A DNA stretch of 63,481 nucleotides, filler included, from Octopus bimaculoides (lineage: Eukaryota), in the NCBI RefSeq assembly GCF_001194135.2. It is 9 parts of 9 records of this genome, joined end to end, with 100 filler letters (N's around TTAATTAATTAA, not from the genome) between each part and the next. Parts side by side here need not be neighbours in the genome. Positions count along the whole stretch, not along the records: positions 48,952 to 61,508 come from NC_068995.1; positions 61,609 to 63,481 come from NW_026346587.1; 7 more parts are not named here. The stretch is one strand, 5' to 3'. Each line of letters begins with the position of its first letter. Position 1 is the stretch's first letter. The position numbers and the translations under genes were made by a program. Under the pieces are notes generated by a model. That model was given only the letters and a program-made list of their open reading frames with translations. It was not told where the DNA came from and ran no database searches. Positions 51,392 to 63,481 of the stretch are shown here, piece after piece.

Positions 51392-53189
51392 CCTGTGGTT
51401 GTCGAGACTGTTGTAGCTGTGTTGCTGCTGCCATTACTGGTGNNNNNNNNNNATCACCTGTGGTTGTCGAGACTGTTGTAGCTGTGTTGCTGCTGCCATT
51501 ACTGGTGTTGTACTTGTCGTTGGCCTTATTGTTGTTGTTGTTGTTGGTGTTGGTGGTCGTCGTGTTGTACTCACACATTGTTTCGGTCTGAATGTTTTCT
51601 ATTGTTATCTTTGTTGAGGTGTTTTCAAAGCTTTTGAGATGTCCATCGTCGGACTCCCAGATTATTAATGTCGACACTATATTTGATGGCTATTGTTGTT
51701 CTCGTTGTACGTGTTCGTGTTCTTCTTCTTCTTCTTCTTCTTCTTCTTCTTCTTCTTCTTCTTCTTCTTCTTCTTCTTCTTCTTCTTCTTCTTCTTGTAG
51801 TCGGCTTTGTAGCTTTTATTTTTTTGGTTACTCTTTGATTAATAGGCTTCATGAAGCATATCAGGGATAAGTGTAAAGAACTACAATTTCTTTACAAGAC
51901 TTATGATGCGGTGCAGACCATTTTTATTTTGTTGTTCTTCTCAACCAATCTCCAGTTTTTGCAAGTGTGGAAGAAAAAAGAAGAAGAAGAAGAAGAAGAA
52001 GAAGAAGAAGAAGAAGAAGAAGAAGAAGAAGAAGAAGAAGAAAGAAGTGTAGAACAAAAACGAATGCGAAGAAATAAAGAAATCGTGTTGATGTTGTTCG
52101 TATGTGTCTTGAAATGGCATCTTGTTCCCAATGATAAACTGTTGCCTGGCCATCTGACAGAGAGGCAATAATTCTCTATTATACAACATAAATAGGTGTT
52201 AAAAAATAATGATGGAAGAGGATAGAAATTTTTAAAAGAGAGAAAATAAAAGTTGGAGAAAAAGTTAAAAGAAAAATAATTAGAAAACATGAAGAAGAAA
52301 AAGAATTCGAAGAAGAAGAGAAAGAAGAAAAATGAAGATGAAAATGATAAAAACTTTTGAGTTTAGCACTTTATTTTGACGTTTTGCTGTTCGCCTTTCA
52401 ACCTGACAATCGACCGTTGAATACTTAAGAAATATTTTCTCTCCTTTTTTTCACAAAGAATTTTACTCACACGTGTTGCTATTAAACCAATTAATTATTC
52501 GTAGAATATCTATGTTTTCATTATGAAATGAAAATACTTTGTTTCCCCTTAATGAATCTTTGGTTTGAGACCGAGGAATTTTGTTTTTCGATTAAGTACT
52601 ATGAGGGTCGAGACCAATTCAATAAGACAAAACTCACTTCTTTAAAATCTTCTATAAATGTCTGCGTTGCCTCCTCGCACTAACAAATATTAATTGCACT
52701 GAAATTATTCCTGGTTCAACTGGAAATCGAACGTGTTTTGTCGATGGTGTACTTGATCGACAGTTACATATTCTCACTCAATGGTTATCACAGTGTTCGG
52801 ATTTTTATAAAACATTTTTAAATGACTTAGAAATGGTTCACTTACTCTGTACCCTGTTTAATGGCATCATCGTTCGCTGGGTGTCTTTAACGAAAACGTC
52901 TAATCGGTTGCAAGCGTTTGTGTCAGGTTTCTGTTTTGAGGATATCATTTTCCTTCTTTGCCGCTCGCCTCCGTGGTTTTGTAAAGAATCATGAACCTCA
53001 TACCACTCACTAACTAAATGACAAGTGAAGAAGACGAATGTGAGCGTCTATAATCTTGCATATGATTTCCTATACAGGAAAAAAAGGAGGAATGACGAAA
53101 AGAAGAAAAGGAGAAAGTATTCCTCACACCGGACAATTGGCCTGGATGCTTGTACCAGAGAGAATGCAGCCAAGGAATCGACGCGTCAT

Positions 53190-53570
53190 GCAGTAGCCTT
53201 AAATCGGATTAAAGCGTTGCCTTTCATCCTTTGGGGGTCGATAAAATAAGTACTAGTTGAGCACTGAGAGTCGATGTAATCGTAATCTACTTATCCCTCC
53301 ATTCAAAGACTGCAGGCCCCGTGTCAAACTTTAAAATCATTAACAAGAAAGTGGCACAATCGTCAGCAACCCGGACAAAATTCTTAGCGGCGAGTCGTCT
53401 ATCATTACGTTCTGAACTCAAATTTCACCGCGGTCGACTTGGCCTTTTATCCTTTCGGGATCGATGAAGTAAGTAGCAGTTGAGCACAAGGGTCGATGTA
53501 ATCGAATTTCTGCCTTCCCACAAATTTCAGCGTGTGCCTATAGTCGAAAGGATCATTATTGTCAAGGAAA
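53190..53570 (+). mobile_element. Two tandem SINE family B copies
   Basis: CCTTTCATCCTTTGGGGGTCGATAAAATAAGTAC (53220) and GTCGACTTGGCCTTTTATCCTTTCGGGATCGAT (53435). Confidence 0.75.
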
Positions 53571-54049
53571 GTGTATAGAAGAAGAAGAAGAATGAGATTA
53601 AATCATAAATGTTTTAAGATAACGAGCAGACTTGAGAGAAATGGAATAAAAAAGATGAAGAATTTTAACTGCAGTTTAGAGATGTCTTAATAAAATTGCT
53701 AATAAAGAAAGACATGTTTAAAAACAGGTTAATTTAAACGTTGCTGTCAGGTAGTTTTAAATGCAAGTCGGAATAATGAATGAAAGTTGTAACAAAGAAA
53801 GAAAATGAAATAGAGGTGATTACATGAAGTTAAAGTGAAATAAGACGCTATAAAATGTAAAGTAATGATCAATCCTGATATATTCATGAAGTGGGCATTG
53901 AAGAAAATGCGAGAACAGATCCCATTGCTTTAGATATCTTCAGGTATAACACACAATTTAGAGTTAATCTTAAGTATTAAACAGGCGTAAGATGAAGCAC
54001 AGTAAACAAGCGATTAATAAGTGACAATAAAATGCATACACTAAAATTG

Positions 54050-54205
54050 TTTCAAATTTTGAGACAAGGCCAATAATATTAGGAACAGGAGATTAGTCGA
54101 TTACGTGGCCCCAGCCACTCCTCAGTACTTCGCTGTGGTTGATGTGTCGACCGCGAAAGCATGACATGCAAAATGTTGACTTCGGTGGGATTTGAACTCA
54201 GAATC
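54050..54205 (-). mobile_element. SINE family B, diverged
   Basis: TTTGAGACAAGGCC tail and GGATTTGAACTCAGAA B-box region. Confidence 0.6.
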
Positions 54206-54428
54206 CGTATGTCTGTATATATGTATTGGATGATTCATTTATGGATACTCACATACAATACTTCAAGTTTGTGTATCAAAGATACGATCATCACCTTATT
54301 TCTCTACCTGTCGTAAGCCCTGTGAGAAGCACTGTGTATCATTGAATAAATGTAGTTCTCTAATTCCAACGATATTAAAGTCTATCTCTTTTTCGTAACA
54401 CGGTCTCTCTCCCCACCACACACATATA

Positions 54429-54497
<69 letters not shown>

Positions 54498-54797
54498 CTT
54501 GCTACATTCATTGGACTTAAAGTGCACAGCCATCAAGGGATTTACTGAATCATATGTTCCTGTGTAATTTTATTATTTCGTTGAGGTACTTATTTTTCTA
54601 TCGCTACTTGCCTAAAATACAAGACATATAGGTATGAAAATTAGCTGCACCATTTTTAAATTGGTGTAAACAGAAACACAGATACACCACAATCACGCGC
54701 ACATACACATACACATATATATCTCTGCACACATATATCTATATATGTGTGTAAGTTGACGAAATAGGAAAGTCGTTAGAGTCACGTACAAAATGTA

Positions 54798-55751
54798 CAG
54801 GGTCTTGTAGATAAATTGAGACAATGTTTACAATGCATAAAACTAGTTATAAATACGAAAGTAATGATAGTAGATAGATATAATTTTAATGTAACATTTA
54901 TTACCATGAAAATATTTTGGGCAATTACTGCTCCCCTACGAGGACGAAATTTGTTTGCAGCAGCCGCAACCTCCGCGATTTTTATTTTGCGTGACGCACG
55001 CACAATACAGACCTTCAAACGGTTGACTCTCGAGTGTGGTGATGCATTGGTCTTTGCTTGAAGTATACCCCATAAAAAGTAAGTGAGAATGTTGAGGTCT
55101 GGGCTATTGCTGGACAAGATGTTAGCCGTCACAAAAAATGGCACCTTCTCACCAAGGAAGGCTAGTGTTGCTTTTGACCCATGGCATGGTGTAGAATCCT
55201 GGATAAGCACCACATTGTCAAGCCCAAACTTTCGCTCCACCCAATGTAACAGAGAATTCTTCAGGATGTTCAAATACACCTTTGTGTCGATTTTCAAGCC
55301 AAACTCAATAAAGTGTAGATCCATGACACTTCAACCACTCGCCACGGCTCCAAATACCATCACAGAAGCAGGATTCTTAGTATCAAATACAGTGGGGACG
55401 TCAGAAGGGTTGTATGCAGCGAGAAAATTCGGATTGTGCTTGGAATCACTTCGAGGCTTGTGTTCTGTTTTCTATCAATCTTTCCCTTTTCTTTAAACTG
55501 CTTATACACACGATAAACTTTTGCTTTTGGAAGTTTCGTCAACTCAACAATGTGCCCGGCGCGCAACAAAACATCAATGACGGAACGGTGATACCGTTCC
55601 TTTACTTTCTGTTGTCTAATCACTTCGCTATTTACCTGAAATATAAAGTGGAGGATTAGATTTTCAAGCAAGCAAGATTTTGTCACAAAATGAAATGTCA
55701 AACCCTCTAAGTCAACTGCTTAAAATTGGTCTCAATTTATCTGCAAGACCG
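54798..55751 (-). mobile_element. maT/DD37D-family (Tc1/mariner superfamily) transposon, internally deleted
   Basis: TIRs CAGGGTCTTGTAGATAAATTGAGAC / GTCTCAATTTATCTGCAAGACCG with flanking TA. QDSTPCH...NSPDLNILTYFLWG has 37 residues between the second Asp and the (mutated) third catalytic position; HTH remnant at 55500-55620. Confidence 0.85.
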
Positions 55752-56757
55752 TATATGCTTTATTCATTTCTATTTGTTCTCGCTTTTTGTGTTGTGAGTT
55801 CAAAATCCACCAGCACCTTTGCCTTTCATCCTTCTGCGTTCGATAAATACTGTACCACTTAAAGGCGATGGACTAGCAGAAACAGGATGACGTTGGGATG
55901 GTTGAATTTCAGTATGTCTTTTGGCGCTTTGCTCGCTAAAGACCAATCTCATTATGGCCGAATTGGGTGGTAGATATCATTGCTAGATAAATTGATATGT
56001 AGGTAAGAGTAAAGTGAATTAAACTTTTTCGTTTTTGTTGTTCTCAAAAGAATAAATTTTATCAGGAGATGAAAATCTCTCTCTCTCTCTCTCTCTCTCT
56101 CACCTGTTCAGTTTCTGTCTCTTTTTGTCTATGTATACGTGTTGAAATAGAGAGGGAAAGAGATAAAGGAAGAAAGTGAGAGAGATAGAATCATGAGTGA
56201 GGAGCTAGAAACAGCGAGTGAGGTATATAGACAAACAGCCGTATAGACAGACTGATAAACAGACGGATAGTGAGAGAGTGAGACTGTGAAAAAGAAGGAG
56301 AGAGGGATATGGAAGAGAAGGCGAGAGAGAGAGAGAGTGAGGGTAAGCGGGAGAGAGAGAGAGAGGGGGGCAATAAAAGAGGAGAAAGAAGGAGAGAGAG
56401 ACGGTGAGAGACAGAGGGAGAAGCTGGTTGATGGACAGATAAAAATATATGGGGAAGCACAGAGATTATTCCTCTGTTGGTTCCATGTAAAATTCGTAGT
56501 TGTGAAGTCCAAACGAGTTATGATAGGATAAAACAATGAAGGCGTTCCAGTCGTGGCAATCTCGACTCTTTATATATGAACAACTATTTCATTGGATGTA
56601 AGCTTATATTCAGAGACTAAGTGTTAAGATGCCGCTTGAACAATCGTGTCTACCATTATAAGTTTGTATCTTTCGCTCTCCTCTCTCATTTTCTGTCTCA
56701 TATGGTATATATACATACACATGCATACATACAAACATGCACACATACACACACATG

Positions 56758-56827
<70 letters not shown>

Positions 56828-57041
56828 NNNNNNNNNNNNNNNNNNNNNNNNNNNNNNNNNNNNNNNNNNNNNNNNNNNNNNNNNNNNNNNNNNNNNNNNN
56901 NNNNNNNNNNNNNNNNNNNNNNNNNNNNNNNNNNNNNNNNNNNNNNNNNNNNNNNNNNNNNNNNNNNNNNNNNNNNNNNNNNNNNNNNNNNNNNNNNNNN
57001 NNNNNNNNNNNNNNNNNNNNNNNNNNNNNNNNNNNNNNNNN

Positions 57042-57086
<45 letters not shown>

Positions 57087-57911
57087 ATATATATGGGATG
57101 ATAATTATAGAAGAAATCAATCTGAAATAGACAATTGATAATTTGTCTGTAATTATAATTAAAGACAAATATGATAGGAAATAAACCCCCCACTGATAAT
57201 TAGAGACAAAATGTATGTAAAATAGTTAGACCACCGTTAATTATAGACAGATGTGATACGAAAGAGTTATATAACCGTTAATTAGAGATACATTATTGTA
57301 AGATATAAGACAAGTGATAATCAGAGGAAAATGCGTCGTGAATTGGTTTAAAATCTACTAATTAATGCACACTCTACACTGAACATGATGTACGTTAACA
57401 AAATTATAGAAAACGCGGTAAACATCAAATAATCAGATAAATGTTTTATTATCCATCTCATGATCATTTAAAAAATCTTCATAAACATTCGTCTCTAGTT
57501 TCGAAATTCTCTTCTCTCATACGCGGAGCTACGGGGGCAGCGCTATTTTAATGGTCGATAACGAGGATGATGTAACTATAGGATCATTAAGGGACAAATC
57601 CCTTTGTCAATACTGATTAATGCATATAGCTCACTGGACATGACACGGTTTCAAAACTACAGACAACGCAGTAAATATCATTATATTTACTGCATTATTT
57701 TATTACGTATTCTGTGACGATTTTTAAACCTTCATAAACATCCGTCGCTAGTTTCGAAACTCTCGTTGCTCATTAGCTGAGCCACTATAGCAGCACTACT
57801 TTGAGATTCTATAACAGAGATGATAAAACTGTTTGATGAATGTTTGATAAATCACTTTGTCACGCTTTCATCAAAATTTGTGTCGTGTGCGAATCGTATA
57901 TAATTATTAAC

Positions 57912-59144
57912 TACAAACTGTAGACAGAGCAGTCTTGAAAATAACATTATCAAAGTTTATTAGGATATGGAGGGCTTGTTTATATGAAGGAATGCGGGTG
58001 GAATACTCTTGTTAAATACTCAGTCAAATTAAAGAATAACAGGCCTGGCATACGGTTCTGGGACAAAGACATTAATGTAGTTGTGATAGCTGAATAAGCA
58101 CACATCTATGCCGAAATAACGAAACCGCTTCTTAGAGTTTATATTAACGTTATATTTTAAAGAAATTTATTTCAAAGATGGCAGTTGAAGTCAGCGTTGA
58201 CACGAAATCATAAAATCATAAAATATTGTGCATAGAGAATTTTACGCCATGAATCAAGTGTGGAAACATGAAGAAGATAACATCATGCATTCAAGACCTC
58301 TTAAGAGTCGAAAATCTTTCAGTGGAATATATTCCCAAATTATTGAGGAAAGATATGATTTTAAAGAAGTTGCAGAGCTCTTACACAACAAATCAACAGA
58401 TGAAAGTTTGTATAGCTATCAACAGAAGGTCATGCACGACCATGTTGTCAGAAATTTTCAATGTAAGAAACATGGATAACCAAAGTAATTTACTTCAGAC
58501 TTTCAACCAGTACATCAGCTGTCACCTTGAAATGTGTATTTTTACAATATAGAAGGAGGAAATAATTGCATCACGAAAGAAAATCACCTGTATGCAACAA
58601 GCGTGGAATTAACACAACATAATCGGTTGTTTGGTAATATTTGTTGGTGTAAATTTGAATATCTGCAAGAGAGCTGAAGTGCAGAATGTGTTTCTCCTGA
58701 AAGTGTAAGAAACACTTTTCTAAGGGAGCTTCTACGCTCAAGACCTTCTGTTCAACTCTATTGAAGGTTTCTTACTACTGAATATCTGCAGTATTTTCAT
58801 TAAGGTAACAACTGTGCATCGTTTTAGAATTATCTTAACATTATGTTAGCATCCGGTGACTACCTGTGAGATATACCGATGTTATATACCTATGAAGCAT
58901 GATGTAACGTTCGAAACATTATAAATTACAAACTGTAAACAGAGCAGTCTTGAAAATAACATTATCATAGTATATAAGGATGTGGAGGGTTTGTTTATAT
59001 GAAAGAATGCTGGTGGAATACTCTTGTTAAACACTCAGTCAAATTAAACAATAACAGGCCTGACATACGGTTCTGGGACAAAGACGTTAATGATGTTGAG
59101 ATAACTGAATAAGAACACATCTATGCCGAAATAACGAAACTGCT
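57912..59144. repeat. ~218-bp direct repeats 1015 bp apart
   Basis: 57912-58129 is similar to 58927-59144 (TACAAACTGTA..CAGAGCAGTCTTGAAAATAACATTATCA..ATGCCGAAATAACGAAAC). Confidence 0.85.
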
Positions 59145-61014
59145 GTAGATACGACAACCTCCAGATTTATACCTTCAAATATTATGGCAACTGAATATGC
59201 AAATAATTGTCTCAATACTAGACTTGAGTACTTGATTTTCATAAAAATCAGATAGAACAAGGCTAATTAGGAAATCATTGTTACGCTAATGAAATTGTGA
59301 AAATATGTGAAATATTCTAGATGTTTAGACCGTAATGAATGCATANNNNNNNNNNNNNNNNNNNNNNNNNNNNNNNNNNNNNNNNNNNNNNNNNNNNNNN
59401 NNNNNNNNNNNNNNNNNNNNNNNNNNNNNNNNNNNNNNNNNNNNNNNNNNNNNNNNNNNNNNNNNNNNNNNNNNNNNNNNNNNNNNNNNNNNNNNNNNNN
59501 NNNNNNNNNNNNNNNNNNNNNNNNNNNNNNNNNNNNNNNNNNNNNNNNNNNNNNNNNNNNNNNNNNNNNNNNNNNNNNNNNNNNNNNNNNNNNNNNNNNN
59601 NNNNNNNNNNNNNNNNNNNNNNNNNNNNNNNNNNNNNNNNNNNNNNNNNNNNNNNNNNNNNNNNNNNNNNNNNNNNNNNNNNNNNNNNNNNNNNNNNNNN
59701 NNNNNNNNNNNNNNNNNNNNNNNNNNNNNNNNNNNNNNNNNNNNNNNNNNNNNNNNNNNNNNNNNNNNNNNNNNNNNNNNNNNNNNNNNNNNNNNNNNNN
59801 NNNNNNNNNNNNNNNNNNNNNNNNNNNNNNNNNNNNNNNNNNNNNNNNNNNNNNNNNNNNNNNNNNNNNNNNNNNNNNNNNNNNNNNNNNNNNNNNNNNN
59901 NNNNNNNNNNNNNNNNNNNNNNNNNNNNNNNNNNNNNNNNNNNNNNNNNNNNNNNNNNNNNNNNNNNNNNNNNNNNNNNNNNNNNNNNNNNNNNNNNNNN
60001 NNNNNNNNNNNNNNNNNNNNNNNNNNNNNNNNNNNNNNNNNNNNNNNNNNNNNNNNNNNNNNNNNNNNNNNNNNNNNNNNNNNNNNNNNNNNNNNNNNNN
60101 NNNNNNNNNNNNNNNNNNNNNNNNNNNNNNNNNNNNNNNNNNNNNNNNNNNNNNNNNNNNNNNNNNNNNNNNNNNNNNNNNNNNNNNNNNNNNNNNNNNN
60201 NNNNNNNNNNNNNNNNNNNNNNNNNNNNNNNNNNNNNNNNNNNNNNNNNNNNNNNNNNNNNNNNNNNNNNNNNNNNNNNNNNNNNNNNNNNNNNNNNNNC
60301 ATGCAAACGTATATCTACAAATATACGTACAAACACAAACACACACGTATACACATATGCACACATACAGAGATATATATAAATATGCACAGATGCATAA
60401 GTATATACAAATATTTATACAAACATATGTACAGACACAAACGTGCATACATCCAAACATATACACAGAGAAGCATGCATTCGTACAAATATATGGATAC
60501 AAACATGCTTACATAAAAACCTATATACACATAGAAATACACTCATCTTCAGACATGATTTTGCCCAAATAAACACTGTATACGAGCCTTTGTTATTGTT
60601 TAAGAATTGTCTCTAATTGTCTGAAACCTGTATCTAATGCTATTATTAGTATATGTATTGTGATTAGACCGACTTGAAATAACTGAATAATGATGTATAA
60701 TTCAGCTGTGCACGAACATATATGTATATATNNNNNNNNNNTATATATTTATACATATATACGTACACGTTTATATTTATACATATGCGTGTGCCGTTGT
60801 GTATACATGTGTAAATGTTTATACACGCGTGTATGTGAGTTGAGAGGGGTGGCTGTTGGTGGGTGTGTCTACGTGTGCGTAATCTCTTACAACTTACAAT
60901 ATTTATTTCTGGGTATATATATAAATAAATGTATACATACATATACATATATACATATATACACACACACACACACACATACACACACACGCACACACAC
61001 ACACNNNNNNNNNN

Positions 61015-61047
<33 letters not shown>

Positions 61048-61886
61048 GCACAAACAATTATACCGGGAAAGTTGTTTAAATTCCAATGAAAGAGATTTGT
61101 ATATAGATTAGAGACCAGATCTTTCTCTTGTGGTGTAAATTTGCAACAGAAAAACCCCCAACATAGACAATTGTAAAACCCAAGAATAATATGCAAGTTT
61201 TGCATACATACACACATGCATAGAAACGTGCATAATACGTATATACCCACATATATATCAACGTACATAGATATAAACATGCTTACCAAAGAGACACATA
61301 TGCATACGAACATGCATACATACAGGTATATATACATGCAAACGTATATCTACAAATATACGTACAAACACAAACACACACGTATACACATATGCACACA
61401 TACAGAGATATATATAAATATGCACAGATGCATAAGTATATACAAATATTTATACAAACATATGTACAGACACAAACGTGCATACATCCAAACATATACA
61501 CAGAGAAGNNNNNNNNNNNNNNNNNNNNNNNNNNNNNNNNNNNNNNNNNNNNTTAATTAATTAANNNNNNNNNNNNNNNNNNNNNNNNNNNNNNNNNNNN
61601 NNNNNNNNAAATAGATTTCATATATAAATTGATCGATAGATAGATATACATACATAGAAACGCGTGCGTGTGTGAGTACGTGTGTGTGTGCGTATGAGTG
61701 TGCCTGTATGTATATGTAAATTTAAGACACACTCGTAAAGAAATACGTAAATACGTTACACACGTTTTTTTTTCTTGCCTTTCTGTGTAATTTATCAAAT
61801 TAACGTTTAAAGGTTTTTTCCTCATACTATAAAAAATAGTCTACGTGCATTTATGTGCATTTTACGAATGCGTATATGTGTATCTA

Positions 61887-61937
<51 letters not shown>

Positions 61938-62252
61938 NNNNNNNNNNNNNNNNNNNNNNNNNNNNNNNNNNNNNNNNNNNNNNNNNNNNNNNNNNNNNNN
62001 NNNNNNNNNNNNNNNNNNNNNNNNNNNNNNNNNNNNNNNNNNNNNNNNNNNNNNNNNNNNNNNNNNNNNNNNNNNNNNNNNNNNNNNNNNNNNNNNNNNN
62101 NNNNNNNNNNNNNNNNNNNNNNNNNNNNNNNNNNNNNNNNNNNNNNNNNNNNNNNNNNNNNNNNNNNNNNNNNNNNNNNNNNNNNNNNNNNNNNNNNNNN
62201 NNNNNNNNNNNNNNNNNNNNNNNNNNNNNNNNNNNNNNNNNNNNNNNNNNNN

Positions 62253-62299
<47 letters not shown>

Positions 62300-62310
62300 T
62301 ACACACACAC

Positions 62311-62353
<43 letters not shown>

Positions 62354-62965
62354 TCATATATATTTAATCGCTTATACTGTAGGTTTCTGGTGTATGGGTT
62401 TAATGTTTATAGATATACACGCACACTAACACTGTTGTGCGAATGCATAATGTAATATATGCATGTGTGTGGTACCGGTGTGTACATTTTTTAACAAATT
62501 TAGAAAAGTATGTATCCACACTGGGGCAACGGTGTTCAGCTAAGAATTCTTTGCGACCAAATGTGGCCGAACCTGATGAATTACATTCTCATGAAATTTC
62601 ATCTAAGGCAAGCGTAGTAAAATATTATTTTTTTAATTCACCTGCAAAATGTGGCTAGCGCACACATACACGCATATGTAATCACAGACAATAATATCCC
62701 TCTAAAGATAGAAGTGTATAGAACTTTATATATGTACCTATATCTATACATCAGACATGAACATATATATATGTAGTTACATATATTTACATATACATAT
62801 AAATATGTTATATAATATAAATACATACATATATATAGTCATATATATACATTTAAACATATATGTATCTTGAAATATGTATACATATACATACATATAT
62901 ACATATATACATATGTACATATATGCATATATATATACATATATATATACATATATACATATACA

Positions 62966-63021
<56 letters not shown>

Positions 63022-63481
63022 TAGGTAAGTATACATTGAGTGTTATAATGCCAGAACTGGCCGCCATTATATTGTATCAAAGGTACCAGACATACTATTT
63101 AAATTCAGGTACTGCAATAGTCTAAGCTTCAAAGGCCCACAGCTCATCTTTGCCCTGTCACAAAAATTAAGAAACTGCATAAGGTGGACGTAGATGACTT
63201 CAAAAGAGAAACATGACGTTCTCTTCCTCCGCAATACCAGATGAACCAACAGACCGACATGTGATGCAAACGAGGGCAGCGTAATCGAACTTCCTCATAC
63301 GCCAAACAGGCTAACAGCTGGGATAAAGGTACATACAGGGGTGATGACTTGAAATACCCCAACCTGAGGAAATCCAAAAGACCACGGTGATGCTCCAACA
63401 TGACCGCAGCCGCAGGGTAGAAGAGTGTAAAAGAATAAAATGAAAGAAATATATGTATATATATGTATATATATATATATA

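Noticed and set aside
60300-61508. Identical ~173-bp blocks at 60300-60472 and 61336-61508
   Set aside because: Both sit at contig edges next to gaps; most likely an assembly overlap or mis-ordering.
62566-62610. CTGATGA...GAAA spacing resembling a hammerhead (also 10460-10495 on the minus strand and 40324)
   Set aside because: Stem I and stem III pairing are absent; likely chance matches.
63067-63401. Minus-strand 60-85-aa ORFs in non-repetitive sequence, one with SMSGTFDTI resembling an RT motif
   Set aside because: Only a single weak motif, no recognisable family, and the longer ORF starts inside a SINE tail.

Overview
This window is eukaryotic, AT-rich and repeat-saturated, and I could not confirm any host protein-coding gene. 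The SINE and LINE repertoire looks like an Octopus/cephalopod draft assembly (inference). There are many N gaps and eight artificial TTAATTAATTAA linkers, so adjacency across linkers is unreliable. Content: decayed Tc1, mariner and maT(DD37D) transposons; RTE, R4/Dong and Penelope-like retroelement fragments; at least four tRNA-derived SINE families in many copies; abundant microsatellites; a 128-bp tandem array; and a 3.6-kb foldback-like inverted structure. The most interesting signal is non-coding. Type I hammerhead ribozyme motifs with palindromic stem III occur in three unrelated repeat families, and a fourth family carries a variant-core motif. One family is a ~350-nt ORF-less element with terminal redundancy. 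It is present twice (18818-19179 + and 30141-30540 -) with different permutation points and conserved hairpins. This is the architecture expected of a non-LTR retrozyme that may produce a circular RNA. A decayed Penelope-like RT at 14430-15075 represents the element class that could mobilise it. All ribozyme calls are from manual reading; no folding or database search was run.
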